From: Raillietiella orientalis
Taxonomy: Eukaryota
Direction of reading: 5' to 3'
NCBI GenBank assembly: GCA_036172245.1
Contig: JAYWIR010000009.1
Coordinates: 434,001-498,000, forward strand
DNA: 64,000 bases
Below the pieces are notes generated by a model, which worked only from the letters and a program-made list of their open reading frames with translations, searched no databases and had not been told where the DNA came from. Made by a program: the position numbers and the translations under genes. The first letter of the stretch is position 1; each line of letters begins with the position of its first letter. Shown in pieces: positions 52,901 through 64,000 of the stretch.

Positions 52901-53739
52901 CCAGAGGCTTAGAATTTTCTCGAGAGAAGGGAACACTAGACATATTTTTGCAGGGTTGCTTCGGCGACGGCTCTCAAGTGAAGCTGCTCAAACTACATCT
53001 TACCTTCGGACTCCCCAACGCGAACGCCCTGAATGATTTCATCAGCTTCGAGCAGAATGCGAAGAAACCCGGAAGCGAGTATGCTGCTCTCAGTCAGTGC
53101 TGTATTGGATGCCGCTCTGGAAGCTGCTTCTCATTTGAAACACAGGCAATCTCCGTCCCATGCCATCTACCCAGCCACCTGCCAAAGTGTCAGAATGGCT
53201 GTTTTGGAGCATACGTGAAACAACGTTGATTTTTCGCTCCTCCTGCAGATGCTCATAGCCGAATCGATGGCGCCATGCGTTCGAGAAGAAGCGCCAGGTC
53301 GGAATATCTGTCACAGCCCACTTGCAATACGACTCTTAAGAAATTCGAGTGGCACTGACTGGAATCTCTAGATAGCAAGACAGCTTCTCCCGGCTTTTCC
53401 CTCTGATGGTTTCGCTATCACGACCGAAAGGGATTTCGGAATTTCCGAATGAGATTTATGAAAAGACTATGAAAGATGCAAATGTTGGGCACATTCCAAT
53501 TCGGATGCGGATGTGAATGAGCTTCCACTTTAAATTAGTCAAAAAAAAAAAAAATATCAATTTTTTCTTTTCACTGGTTCTCTTCCCTTCCGCTTTTCCC
53601 CTTGAGGGCTTCTCTGGGTAGCCTGCCTTCGGACCGATACAATGAGAGTTCTAGCCCACTACGAGTAATTAACCTTCTCTACTAGAATGAAGGTATGCAA
53701 GCAATTCAATTTAGCAGTGAAAGCTCCGGCGTGACCTTC

Positions 53740-55500
53740 TCTTCCCAGATAGCCGCGACGTTCATTTAAAACAAATGAATAAATCGGAACAAATACAGCT
53801 GGCGAGCGATGTGTATCGGACCGCATTCAAAGGGCCTGGCCCCCTTGGAAACAAAACTAGGGAGAGGTGCAGGGAGAGCAAAGGGAGCACAAACTAAAAA
53901 AATAAATAAATAGGAAGTGGGATGCACCGGCCTTGCGGTACGCGGCACAATCACCGGTTTGCAGACACTCTACCCGCAGTCGTCCAAAGGTCCCCTTGAA
54001 CTTCACATCCAGATCGTGCCACTTCGCTGCCCTTCGCATGCAGGCGGTGACGATGGCAAGCGGTTTCTTGGTATGGCTGTCACCATCGCTCCCACGGGAC
54101 GGAGAATCTCCAGAGAGCAGGCAACCGGGAAGTCCGGGGATGTTGACACGTCCTTGGGCGAGTCCTGCAGACCAGCATGACCGAATCGAAGTGCCTCAAC
54201 GATGCGCTTCCACCCCCGACCAGCCTTTGGCATTCAAGCAGCGCTTGCGGTGGTGTCCCTGCGGTACTCTTTGGGCACTTTCCCTGCGCAGGTGTGTGGT
54301 GACGTTCCGGGGGAGAGCCCGGTTCACCAGCAAGATAGCTGTCTACGCCGGGACGCAACAGGGACATCTACCGGGAAGTCCGGGATCGTCAACTTGTCAC
54401 GGGAAATGCCGAATAATTCATCCACCTCCTTGGGAGGTTAGCAGGGCCATTTGGCGTGGCCTCGCCACGCGTACCCCTCTGCTCGCCACGCCTCCCTGCC
54501 CCGGTTAGCCGGCAGATGTCCACCGACCCTGCAAAAGCAACCATCTCGTCCTTTGTTTTCGACGCAATCAAGGACTCGTGGACTCCTGGAAGACCTTTCA
54601 CTACGTTCTGGGAAGCTGGTGAGGGTCGTCGAGTATCTCTTCGAGAGAGCGTTTTATTTCTTACCACGGCTGCCAAGCTTCTTAAAAACTGCTGCCGCCA
54701 CGCGTTTCCAAGAGACGGGAGGCGGAATACCCACTGATGATTTTTCAGAAGCAAGGCGATTAAGAGCGGCAGGTCACACGGACCTGGACCTCGCCAGCAC
54801 TTCCGTGAAAGAATCGAGGCGGGTCCCTCTTGCAGGGCTTTGTTCGTGAGAAGGAACGAGAGAAGATACGCCAGTGGGTCCTCCACAGTTTCGCCGTAAG
54901 GACGAGCGGTAGTATACGATTCCTACATCTTCTCCCGGTAGCAGGAGGACGAGTGCAGAATCTGCATCTGAGCAAGGGGCAGTCATGTCCTTCGTCGACT
55001 TGTGAACACTCCCTACCTTATAGACGAGCTTGGAGTTTTACCACTGGATACCTGCAAAACCAAGGTTTTGCGAGTGCAAATGTCCGGGGATGCTGACGAT
55101 TTGCTTAAGGCAAAACAGTGATGGATTGAAAGGATCACAGGAATTGGCAGATGCTGTCCTTCAGATGGACCGCTGCGTTTTCTTGCCATCTTCCATAACG
55201 ACGCAAAGACAACGCAGGAGTCAGCGTTTACCCATTGTGCACGAACGCCGAGGGGTCTTGATATATTTCTGTGGAGAGAATAATCCAAAACAGTGAGAGT
55301 TGTTCATCTGAAGCTGATTCGTCGCATCTGTGTAAAGTGACCACAACTCATCCGTGTTTGCAAATCTTCTTAGGTCTCCCGACAAAATGCTGAAAGCTCT
55401 CTTCTCGCTCGCATATGAACTGCACTCAGAATTGCTCTGGACCACTTCTCAGAATGTTGATGCGCGGCAACCATTCTGTATATGCGTCTCAAGCTCTTGC
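53740..55500 (-). mobile_element. Decayed LINE from RT to 3' end; contains the inverted duplicate of 16190-17160
   Basis: EGQHLPIPVIL (QG.PLSP-like) upstream, the duplicated core, then a TTTATTCATTT UTR and a terminal motif near 53740-53785. Confidence 0.75.
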
Positions 55501-56640
55501 GAGCACTTTCCGCGTCCCGAAGATAAACTCGAAAGTTTTCTGGTTGCGAATCTCACTTGAAATGCTGTACCCTCATGACGGAAGTGTGGTTGAACTGGTT
55601 TTGTTCCAGTTGCCCGTTTTCTCATCCTGGCATGTCGGATCATTTATTTAAATTAAATAAACAAATGGAGATTCCACTTAGCTCGTGATGCACTAGTGGA
55701 ACAAGGGAAGGTCATTTGCGCTCTTTTCCACGGTGCCCGCCTTATCGACTGCGGTTTCATCACCGCATTCCTCTCTGAGAGGAGCTGGTCGCTTCGAGAT
55801 GGCGCTCGTTATCAAAATTGTATCTCGCTTCTTCCGTGTTCGTGCGATCGAACTGGATGCGAGTGAACTGAAACATTGCAACTGAAGATGGTCAGGAGGA
55901 TAGCAACCAGCTCTGAGGGTGAGGGTTCGATGTCGAGCTTCCTGTTCAGAGTCTTAACTCTGACCTCAAAAGGTCAGGTGAGTTCCACTGTAAGTTTCGA
56001 ACCAGGGACGTTGGGATTCCATTGAGGATTCGGAAAACTATACCAGAACTGATGGTAGTGACGATGGGTTCTCACGTTTGCTGAATCCTTGTGAATTGAA
56101 CTGCAAGCTGATCATTGGGTCGTCAAGAGAATGGTCAGGAGGCCGCGCGTCTCGTAGATGTTTAAAATGTATCTGATATTAAATGATGTCATAAATTTAC
56201 TCAGGAATCTCAGGAGACATCTCGAGATCTTGGAGTGCCAGATCCTCGAAGTCTCAGTAGGATTGGGAGCAAGGGTTGTGGTTCGTTAGGAGGACATTTA
56301 GAAATCCAACTTGAGATTGGTACCCCGGAGTCCTGGAAGAGGCATACCTCGACGTAATAACGGCTTGATTCCTTCTGAGAAGCATCTGGGCTGTTTCAAT
56401 TCTACGTCTGACGTTTTCTGCCGTCGAGACGTGCTTTACCGTCTTTCATCTGCCACCTTCACTACGCAGTTGACTCCCGCGTCACGCAGTTGTTTGAATA
56501 GCGTTCCTGGCACTGGTTCAAGATGTGCGATGATGTCTAGTCTCATGCCGCACATACATACGTCCGCGGCACGTTTACTCTCCTCGTCTTCTCTCCAAGA
56601 AGTTCAAAACAGGTAAATTATGCACCTTTCATCTGGAAAG

Positions 56641-58230
56641 AGTTTTTCACTTGGTCACTCCGCGAGGCTTATTAAAAAAAAACAAAAAAAAAAAACAGAC
56701 AAGTTGGAACCGCATTCCCCAGAGACAACCAAAAGTCTACAGGATGACTTCACCGACAAGCAGGTCGGTTACTGGGGCAGTACACAGTAGGAGACAAAAA
56801 GACCACAAATGAGTGAATAAAAAGAAAGTGGTAGGGACAGGGTCTTTGACATCAAGGCACTTCTTCTGGAACAGTACCGGCTCAGAAGGACGACGATTTG
56901 CGACTCGACTCCTTAAAGGTGAGGCCACATCACAGTCGTCCTCACGTAGGCTGTTGCCATGCGGGTGAACCTTCGCTGCAACCTAGACTCCATCACATGG
57001 CGGGCTTCGATGAAGGAGCGTGTGCAGCATCTGCTTGCTATCAGGGAGCCTGTTGAAGATCTGCCATGCACAAAGAATTTCTGCAGCAAGTCCACAGCGG
57101 TGTCCTCCTGATGCAAGAGCGCTGAAGACACCCTCTGACACAGTTCTCGGAGAGCACTCTGTTCGCATGACCTCAAACAGAACATGGATGCAACTCCCCT
57201 GGACACGAAATATCTTCGCTGGTTAGAGAAACAGCAGCACATTCGGTTTCTACCTCAAGAGGAACACTCAAATGTCCAAAAACCGAGAGACCATCAGTTC
57301 ATCAAAGAACACACTCAACAGCTCTTCCGGTGGTCCCTTGACCCGACAACGTGAAGTGGAGGCAGACATTATCTCGCTCTCCTTCCGGTCGTCAAGGAGT
57401 TTGTTCGCTACCAGAATGGTTCGAAAGAACTCCCCGCCGGTAGGCTACTACTGACCTTGGTTGCCTCTAGGACATATAGCGCTGTGACAAGGAAGATGAC
57501 TGCCAATCAGGACGGCCTATTTCGTCGAGTCCTGCGCGACATATCCCAGTGCAAGGTTTACTAGATATCAAACGACATAAGGTTCCTCTGAGTGCATTTC
57601 CAGAGTGGGAACCCAGCTCGCAACCGCCTCTTGTCGTCACGGATTGCGGCTGCTGGAACGGCAGGAGATCCGAGAGTGGGATTCGAAAAGCGAGTCCAGT
57701 TGCCTCAGCGGAAAGCCGAAGCCCGCATCCTGTGTCCGTAGCGCAGCAGCCAAAATAACAGTCCGTCGCGGCTGACGCGCGCCGAAGGATGAATCCTACA
57801 GGAACAAACCAACGCGAAGTTCACAATTTGGCTCATAGTGTCAGCGGTTCTATAGGGATCTGTACAGGCAACCCGATCTTTCTTTTTGCAGCGCCAGGTT
57901 GCCCAGCGTCCTGACGTGACGCTATCAAGTCTTCCAGGTGGATCTGGGACCTTGAAGCTCCCCACAGAGTTATCCTCAGGAGATGCTGCGTTCGGATCTT
58001 CGCCGAATGGGGTAGCGGGCAAGCAAACAAGGGATCGAGGAGGGAGCAGCAAAAGTGTTCCAGGGCGCACGTTCAGTCGGTACAGATGGTACGACGTAGT
58101 CTCTTCCGTATGAAAGAGATGCTCCCACGCGCGTTCTTTCCCACTCAGATCATGACCCGTGCTTAGTCTGGTGATTAGGAACTTTCTTGCTTCCCTGTGC
58201 TGCATCATGCGTGGGCCTGGCGTCATGTTC
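56641..58230 (-). mobile_element. Family A LINE, decayed RT through 3' end
   Basis: GRLDSVTSGRW, AIRDD (YADD-like), QEDTAVDLLQKFF, MATAYVRTTVMWPHL, hairpin at 56752-56769 and terminal CGGAGTGACCAAGTGAAAAACT. Confidence 0.8.
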
Positions 58231-58332
58231 TCCTCGTTCTCCTACATCCTCAAGTTAAGCTCCCGCATCCTGTGTCCGTAGCGCAGCAGCCAAAATAACA
58301 GTCCGTCGCGGCTGACACACGCCGAAGGATGA
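57722..58332. repeat. 71-bp direct repeat pair (57722-57792 and 58262-58332)
   Basis: CCCGCATCCTGTGTCCGTAGCGCAGCAGCCAAAATAACAGTCCGTCGCGGCTGAC.C.CGCCGAAGGATGA; two mismatches, 540-bp offset. Confidence 0.95.
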
Positions 58333-58619
58333 GGCTCCCACTGCTGCACTGGGGAAGGCTAAGAGGGCTTCGTGAATATAACGTCAAAACGGAAGAAACG
58401 AAACAACGATCACGAAAACCCTGAAAGGACCGCTGACCACTGGCTGTCCAAGAAACCGCATCACTTACACTAATTCCGTTTACATGTCGCTCATGGGAAG
58501 GAGCGTAGTGGGTGGCACCCCAGGAAGTGCCATGCAGTACACCCGCAGAAACCTGTAGAAGATCGCCTCCTGAGCTCAGAGCCGACATCTTCAAGCCCCG
58601 AGATTACTCAGGTGTTAAC

Positions 58620-60006
58620 GTCTGCGGCAATTCTCGCGACTCCAACCGATCCAAATGGGATGCAGTCGCCAGGGCTGCTTGCAAAACGTCCAAGCATCCT
58701 CTCAACATCTTCGAGAGGTGTCTTACGGTGCATAGAAGCACCCTTCCTTGATGAGATGATTGCGTGGCCCTTCCGCTTAGATCCCAAACTCTCTCCGAGC
58801 AGGAAATTTTTCCTGACGCACACAGGAGGAGAAGACTGGAGCAGAATCTTGCAAAACCAGCACCGGAAATCCATGCAAGGTTGCATCCACCATCCCATGC
58901 CTCTCAGAGACCGGTAGACGAGTATTCTTGCCAGAGCGGCCAATGAATCAGCTTCCGGTTCTCTCAACGGAACATGCGTCTCACAGAGGGAGAAGCGAGA
59001 AGCTTCGCAAGAAGAACGCAAAGACGGATTTCTGTTTCTGGCAGCTCTGCATGAAACCTGGCGAACCTGCACGACGTCCGGTGACCCATCGGGACAACGT
59101 TGCACCATGGCTCATTCTGAAACGATGGAACACTCCAAGCGGCCTTCGCAGGGCGAAGGACGCTCCACACAAGAGGACGAAGAAGAAGAATGTTCTCCCC
59201 ATCTCAACGAGGCGAAGAGTTTCAGGTTAGTAAAGTGGAAATTTGGGATGAATAGCATGTGGATCAAGTTCCTTCGGCTGTCTTCATCTCCATAACAACT
59301 TGGTACTTGTCAAGGGCCTTCTCTCTTGAAGAAGATCCCATCACCACTCTGGTGACGTGAAAAGAGGAATTTGGTTTTCTTTCCACGAATCGGCCTTCGT
59401 ATTCCGTCACGATGAGTGATTCGTTCGATGAAATATCCAACGTGAAAGAGTCGTATTCTTGCAATCGCCAAAACGGGTAAATGGAAATCCTCCCCACACG
59501 AAAGGGAAGAATCCGAACCTCACCGGAGGCCTGGTCGAAAAGGTAGACGGGAGTGAGAAGATGGGATCCACAAACAAAAAAGAATGGGCAGGAGTTGGGG
59601 TGGACCCGCTTCGAAGTGACGATTCCACGATTTCCGTGGCCTGCTGAGGATGGGGACGAGGAAAAGGGAGCCGCAGGTATGGTGAGCTGTCGCCGGTGAA
59701 GCCCCAGTCTCCTGAATTGGGGCTGGGGCTCTCTTTCAACTCCCTGTCGTGCTGGGCCGTTGAGCCACACCTCGCATGGGAAAACGAACCCGCTACCCAA
59801 AGCGCAGGTGGCGAGCGAAGAAGCAGTTGGCAAACCTCTGATCCAAGGTGGAACGTCATGCCGCTCTGAAAAACAGCAACGGATAGCTGGCGTGTGCCCG
59901 TGATGCGCTTCCGGTCTGCACATGTGGATGGTTTTCTACTGTTCCTTGGACAGAGGCGTGGCGAACGTTCCTCGTTTTGGGAAGACTCTTGATGTGCCAG
60001 AAAGAT
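58620..60006 (-). mobile_element. Inverted near-identical duplicate of 44272-45658 (LINE ORF1 tail and APE)
   Basis: Identical ORF translations in several frames. I saw only two differences, both near 58625-58641. Confidence 0.9.
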
Positions 60007-60699
60007 GATGGTGAGCTTCAGTTCAGAAGTAGTGTGGTGATATCGATCCGAAAGCCCAAGGTCCAGGAACTTTGGGGAAGCTTGAAGAAGCCCGGTGCAT
60101 CCTTGAGCAGGTCAAACAAATCTTTGGTTGTTCGATGATCGATGAACTGAAAATAACCTGACGCCCTCCATCTTGAAGGTCATTCGCTGGAGCTCCCTCA
60201 ATCTCGTGTACACTCCCGAAAATTTCTTAAAATGTGTACATTTATTTTTTGAGGTCACTTCCTGTAGACGCTGCGAGACAGAACTGATGTGGAGTGGTCG
60301 CTTCTGTTCCCACCATGTTCTCGAAGAGGGGTTCTAGCAGAAAGTGGACGACACGGAACGTCCCGGTTTGGGTTTTAAGTACCGTTCATCTTATAGATCT
60401 CAAGGCGATGAAGTAAGTGGAGAGAAATCTCGTGTCTCTTTATCCCCTTCCGACTGGCTGACTGATGTGGAAGAGTACTCAAGACAAAACTTTGAGAGCT
60501 CGAATGAAACAGATTGCACGATTGCATCCCTCACGAAAGACTCCCCACATCGGTGCACGAAAATTCTGCTTTCCTAGAAACCCGAGAGAACCTCTGAGTT
60601 GTGGCAGAAGTGGAAGTGAACGTGTACGGACCTATGTACACGTGACGTCAATTCCAGGAAGCCGAGATCGCAGAAGGCAGCCCTTCGTCGGAAGCACTT

Positions 60700-61900
60700 T
60701 AGCAAATGAAATCGATTCCCCTGGAGCAATATGGGGAAATTTATGCCTTCGAAGCGCCCAAAGCTGCAGCCCTGCAGCTCATCTCCGAGGCAATGGATGT
60801 GAGTCCTAATGAGAGCAGGCTACAGAATCAGGTTCACGACCTCGCATCTTCGCCGATTCGGAATGCCAGCATTGTGGGCATCTGGCGTGAAGATGCCAGG
60901 ACTGCTCGGCTGGAGCTAGAAGGATTTCCCAAAATGATGGCGGGAGCGATGGATTATTGAAGGCCATCGAACGTTGCTGCGGGCGACGAGAAGCGGTTTA
61001 GCTCTGTTTTCTTTCTCAAACTCTTTGTCTCGTTCTGGCAACCGAGAGACGATTTCAAGCGAACTCTTCAGAAGGCATATCCTCTTAAATGCAGCGGCAG
61101 CAAAAAGGATGCTCCAGGAAAATCGCCAATCAATCCTCGTTTTTGAGCCTTCCCTGCGGGAACACGCTTTTACGAAAACAGTAGTAGTCAGGGGCAGCGT
61201 TCTCCAGATCCTGCAGCCCACACCAACGACGACTTTCATGTGCCCTGAATCACGTGCTTCTCAAGTCGCAGCTGCTCGGAGATTTGCATCCCTGAAAACT
61301 TCCTTGCTCCCTTCGGTCCGGGTCAAGGCCAAAGCCAAGCGTTGCCATTATCTAGACACCCTTGGGCCCTATTATCTATGACTCTATTTTTTTTTTCAAT
61401 GACGGAGGGATGTCATGGAGAGAAAAAAAAGTTTCGGAATTCAGGTCATCTTTTATGAATACTCCTATCGAGGGAGAACTGCTTTTAGCAACTTATCCAA
61501 AGAGGTATGTGAATGTCTCTGAGGACAAGTCCGGCATCGTTCCAGAAAAAAGCAGCTCTCGTTTTCCTGAGCTCCGTTTCTCCGGAACGGTATCCTTTTA
61601 AAGTAAATTCTAATTCCTTCTAAACTTCCTAACAGAATTCTAAAACTGCTACTGTTTTCAAGAACGCGGAAATGGAAAGCATTTCGGAGTTCCATTGGGT
61701 TCAGCTAGCCTCACCTCCTTGCTGGAGGGAGTTACCGCCGAAGACGTTCCAGAGCTTCATGGCCGCGGGACTGGTGCATCCTGGACAGAGTCGTCGTTGC
61801 GACCTCGCCTCGTCTTGAGAAAGGCAGAAGGAGTCGACGTGTCCCACGAGACTCTGTCCACTCGAAAGCCCAGTGGCAGCGCTCAACAAAGCGCATGGAA
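60700..61900 (+). mobile_element. Decayed RT
   Basis: DY*RPSNVAAGDEKRFS (NYRPISL..DYK-like) and GQGQSQALPLS (RQG.PLS-like) in order. Confidence 0.6.
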
Positions 61901-62283
61901 GATGAGCCTTGCGATTTACTAATGATGTGGCAAGAAGTGGGGAGGTTTCACCCAAGGGCGAAGGATTCTCCGCCATTTCCCCTATCCGGCCACCCTCCCT
62001 ATTTCATCTTCCACTCGAGATTGTCGTCTCGAGGGGCTTTCTTCGGGCCAGTAATCCGACGCGTGTCTCCAGTGGGTCTTCCAGGAGAAGCGCACGTTGC
62101 ACCACCCCAACTCCTCCCTGGTGCTCCCCATCAATGGCAGCCAAGTTCTTCCAAGTTCTTCTCGATTTCCGGAGAGAGAGCATTCCGCCGTTTTTCCGAA
62201 CCCACGATCCCACGGCACGAGGACGTGAGCTTTGTACGTGCTTCCTTGAGCTCCGGCCACGGCCATCAAGTGGAGTCAAGAAG

Positions 62284-62765
62284 TGTAGAGGCTGGAACGA
62301 GGAGGACGAGGGACTGTAGAGGAGGAGGAAGTGGAGAGGACGTGGGATCGTAGAGGGAGAGAAAGTGAGGAAAACGAGGGACTGTAGAGGGAACGAAAGG
62401 CAGGACGAAGAGGTGGAAATGAGGAGGACGAGAGACTGTAGAGGAGGAGGAAATGATGCCGACGACGACGGCGATGACGACGTTCTTGTTGTTGTTGTAG
62501 CAGCAGCTGCCCTGTTGCTGCTGCTGAAGTTGATGTTGTTGTTGATGGTGGCAATGATGATGGTTATGAGAAGGAGGAGGAGGAGGACGGGGTAGGAAGG
62601 GGAGGAAAGGAAAGAGAAGAAGGAAGTGAGGAGAGAAGATGGAGAAGGAAGGGTGGTGGTGATGGTGGTGGTGGAGGAGGAGGTGAAAGGGAAGAGAAAG
62701 GAAAAGTAAAAAGGAGGAAGGCGAAAAAAGGAGGAAGTGACGGGAGGAAGGTGGAGTAGGAAATG
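62284..62765. repeat. Degenerate 33-35 bp minisatellite followed by compound trinucleotide and purine-rich low-complexity tract
   Basis: Units like GAGGAGGACGAGGGACTGTAGAGGAGGAGGAAGT (62299-62455), then GAC/GTT/GCA/GCT/GAT/GGA/GGT runs. Confidence 0.85.
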
Positions 62766-64000
62766 AGGTGGGAGGATCTAGAACATCGAGTGGCGAGAGG
62801 TTCGGCGTACGGATTCCTCCGGTTCGGTACAGGAGTCGCCGATGGGGAAGTACCCCAGCGAGGACAGCGAGAGACACTGCAAGCTCCTGATCTCCTGTTC
62901 GGTCCTCTCGCTTTCAGAAGGGAGCTGCACTGCTCCATTCTGAACTCAGAGTGGGGTCCTTCAGGCTCTGCGCCCCCATGTTCTCGAGGGATGTGTAGAG
63001 GCGTTGAGAGGAAAGCAGCATAGGAGAGAGAGTCGGAAAACGAAACAGAAACAAAGATGCGAGCCTGCACTGGCAACAGATTCTCTCGGTAGCTGTTCGC
63101 CGGCCGCGGGATGACGCCTAGAAATCGTCATGAAACCAGGGGTGGACCCCACAGACTCCCTTCCGTTCCCTTGGAACTTATGAGCAGCTGAAAGACCTAT
63201 TCTCGGCGGTCGAAGAATGGGCCTCTGAATCTTCCCGAGATCCCCATGTTCGTCTCTCCAGAATTCTGGTCTCCGTCTTCCTGGATTCTGCTGTTCATCG
63301 AGGCCGACGCAGGCAAGCGATGTATCTTGGAGCGAGCTCACGTAAGCAGAAACTTCCAGCTTCTCGCAACCACTCCCGACCGCTTCTCATCTCCGTTCCC
63401 GGTGCTCCGGCGAAAACCCAAGACCGCGGAGCAGCAAATTGCCTCCGTTTTCCGGAGAAGGAGCATCCCCTGGGGGAGAAAAAGACCTTTCCGAACCAGG
63501 GCGCGACTCCTCGGGTGAGCATCCCATCCAGGAAGCGACAGCGCGGAAAGTGAAATCGGGATTGTAGTCGCTCCCCCGCCCCTCCGCACGCGTTTCCCAT
63601 GCGCACATCGCCTGCATATAAAGAAGCAGGCGACTCGGCTTCCGCCTCCGGTTTGGCTCCCTCTCTCCATGCGAAAGGAGCGGCTTGAGCCAGCGTGAAC
63701 CGTCGGCTGCAGCTGCGCCGTGGAGGACCTCCTGGAGACACCCAGTGAGTACTTGGATTCTGTGGTTGCCAAGGAAAAGCGAAAGAGGAAAGAGAGGAAA
63801 AGCAAAAGAGAAAAGGGAAAAGTGGGGTGGGGCGAGAGGCACGCGCGCATCCGTCCGTCCAACCGCGACTCCCGGGTCGCCGCCCGCACGTCCAGTAACC
63901 GCACTCGGGAGCTTTCGCCCTGGAAGTGACCGCCGTCCGCGGGAGGAAGGGCGAGACAGGCCCTCGTGGAACCGACTCGCCGGTGACCACCCTCCCATCC
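62760..64000 (-). mobile_element. Possible LINE 5' region and gag-like ORF1 remnant
   Basis: Knuckle-like remnants RCPRWGT and PLATRCSRSSHLISY precede the low-complexity tract; the upstream region is GC/CpG-rich. Frameshifted and tentative. Confidence 0.35.

Noticed and set aside
57722..58332. TRIM/LTR element or CRISPR-like array
   Set aside because: Only two units, no TG...CA ends, primer-binding site or polypurine tract, and the repeat lies within RT-like sequence.
44272..60006. Giant DNA transposon (Polinton or foldback) bounded by terminal inverted repeats
   Set aside because: The arms are LINE-derived, there is no target-site duplication, and no transposase, integrase or polymerase B lies inside.
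62266..62877. His/Gln/Pro-rich ORF as a transcription-factor exon
   Set aside because: It stays open only because of low-complexity triplet repeats; there is no domain or splice support.
63295..63998. Three overlapping 188-231 aa minus-strand ORFs
   Set aside because: GC-rich, stop-poor sequence with no recognisable domain in any frame.

Overview
This looks like eukaryotic, transposon-saturated DNA. I found no intact host gene, rRNA, genuine tRNA, CRISPR array or operon. Most of the window is a nested mosaic of decayed non-LTR retrotransposons of L1/Tx1 type on both strands. They are recognisable by eye from degenerate AP-endonuclease motifs (LQE.H, SR.DR, SDH-like), reverse-transcriptase motifs (RPISLL, DQEKAFD, RQG.PLS, YADD, .LG. 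equivalents) and the C-terminal CxxC-x7-H-x4-C finger. One family (called family A here) has about 10 3' fragments. These share a C-terminal peptide and a 3' end made of a cUNCGg hairpin, then AATAAA, a CCCGG/CCGGG hairpin and a short TGAAAAA tail. Superimposed are three 1-1.4 kb inverted duplications of already-dead LINE sequence, two direct duplications, a perfect 18-bp palindrome, a tRNA-derived SINE-like head and simple repeats. All protein assignments are manual motif matches without database searches, and most element boundaries are approximate. I see no convincing novel multi-gene system; the best leads are the 3' RNA structures and the apparent conversion tracts.
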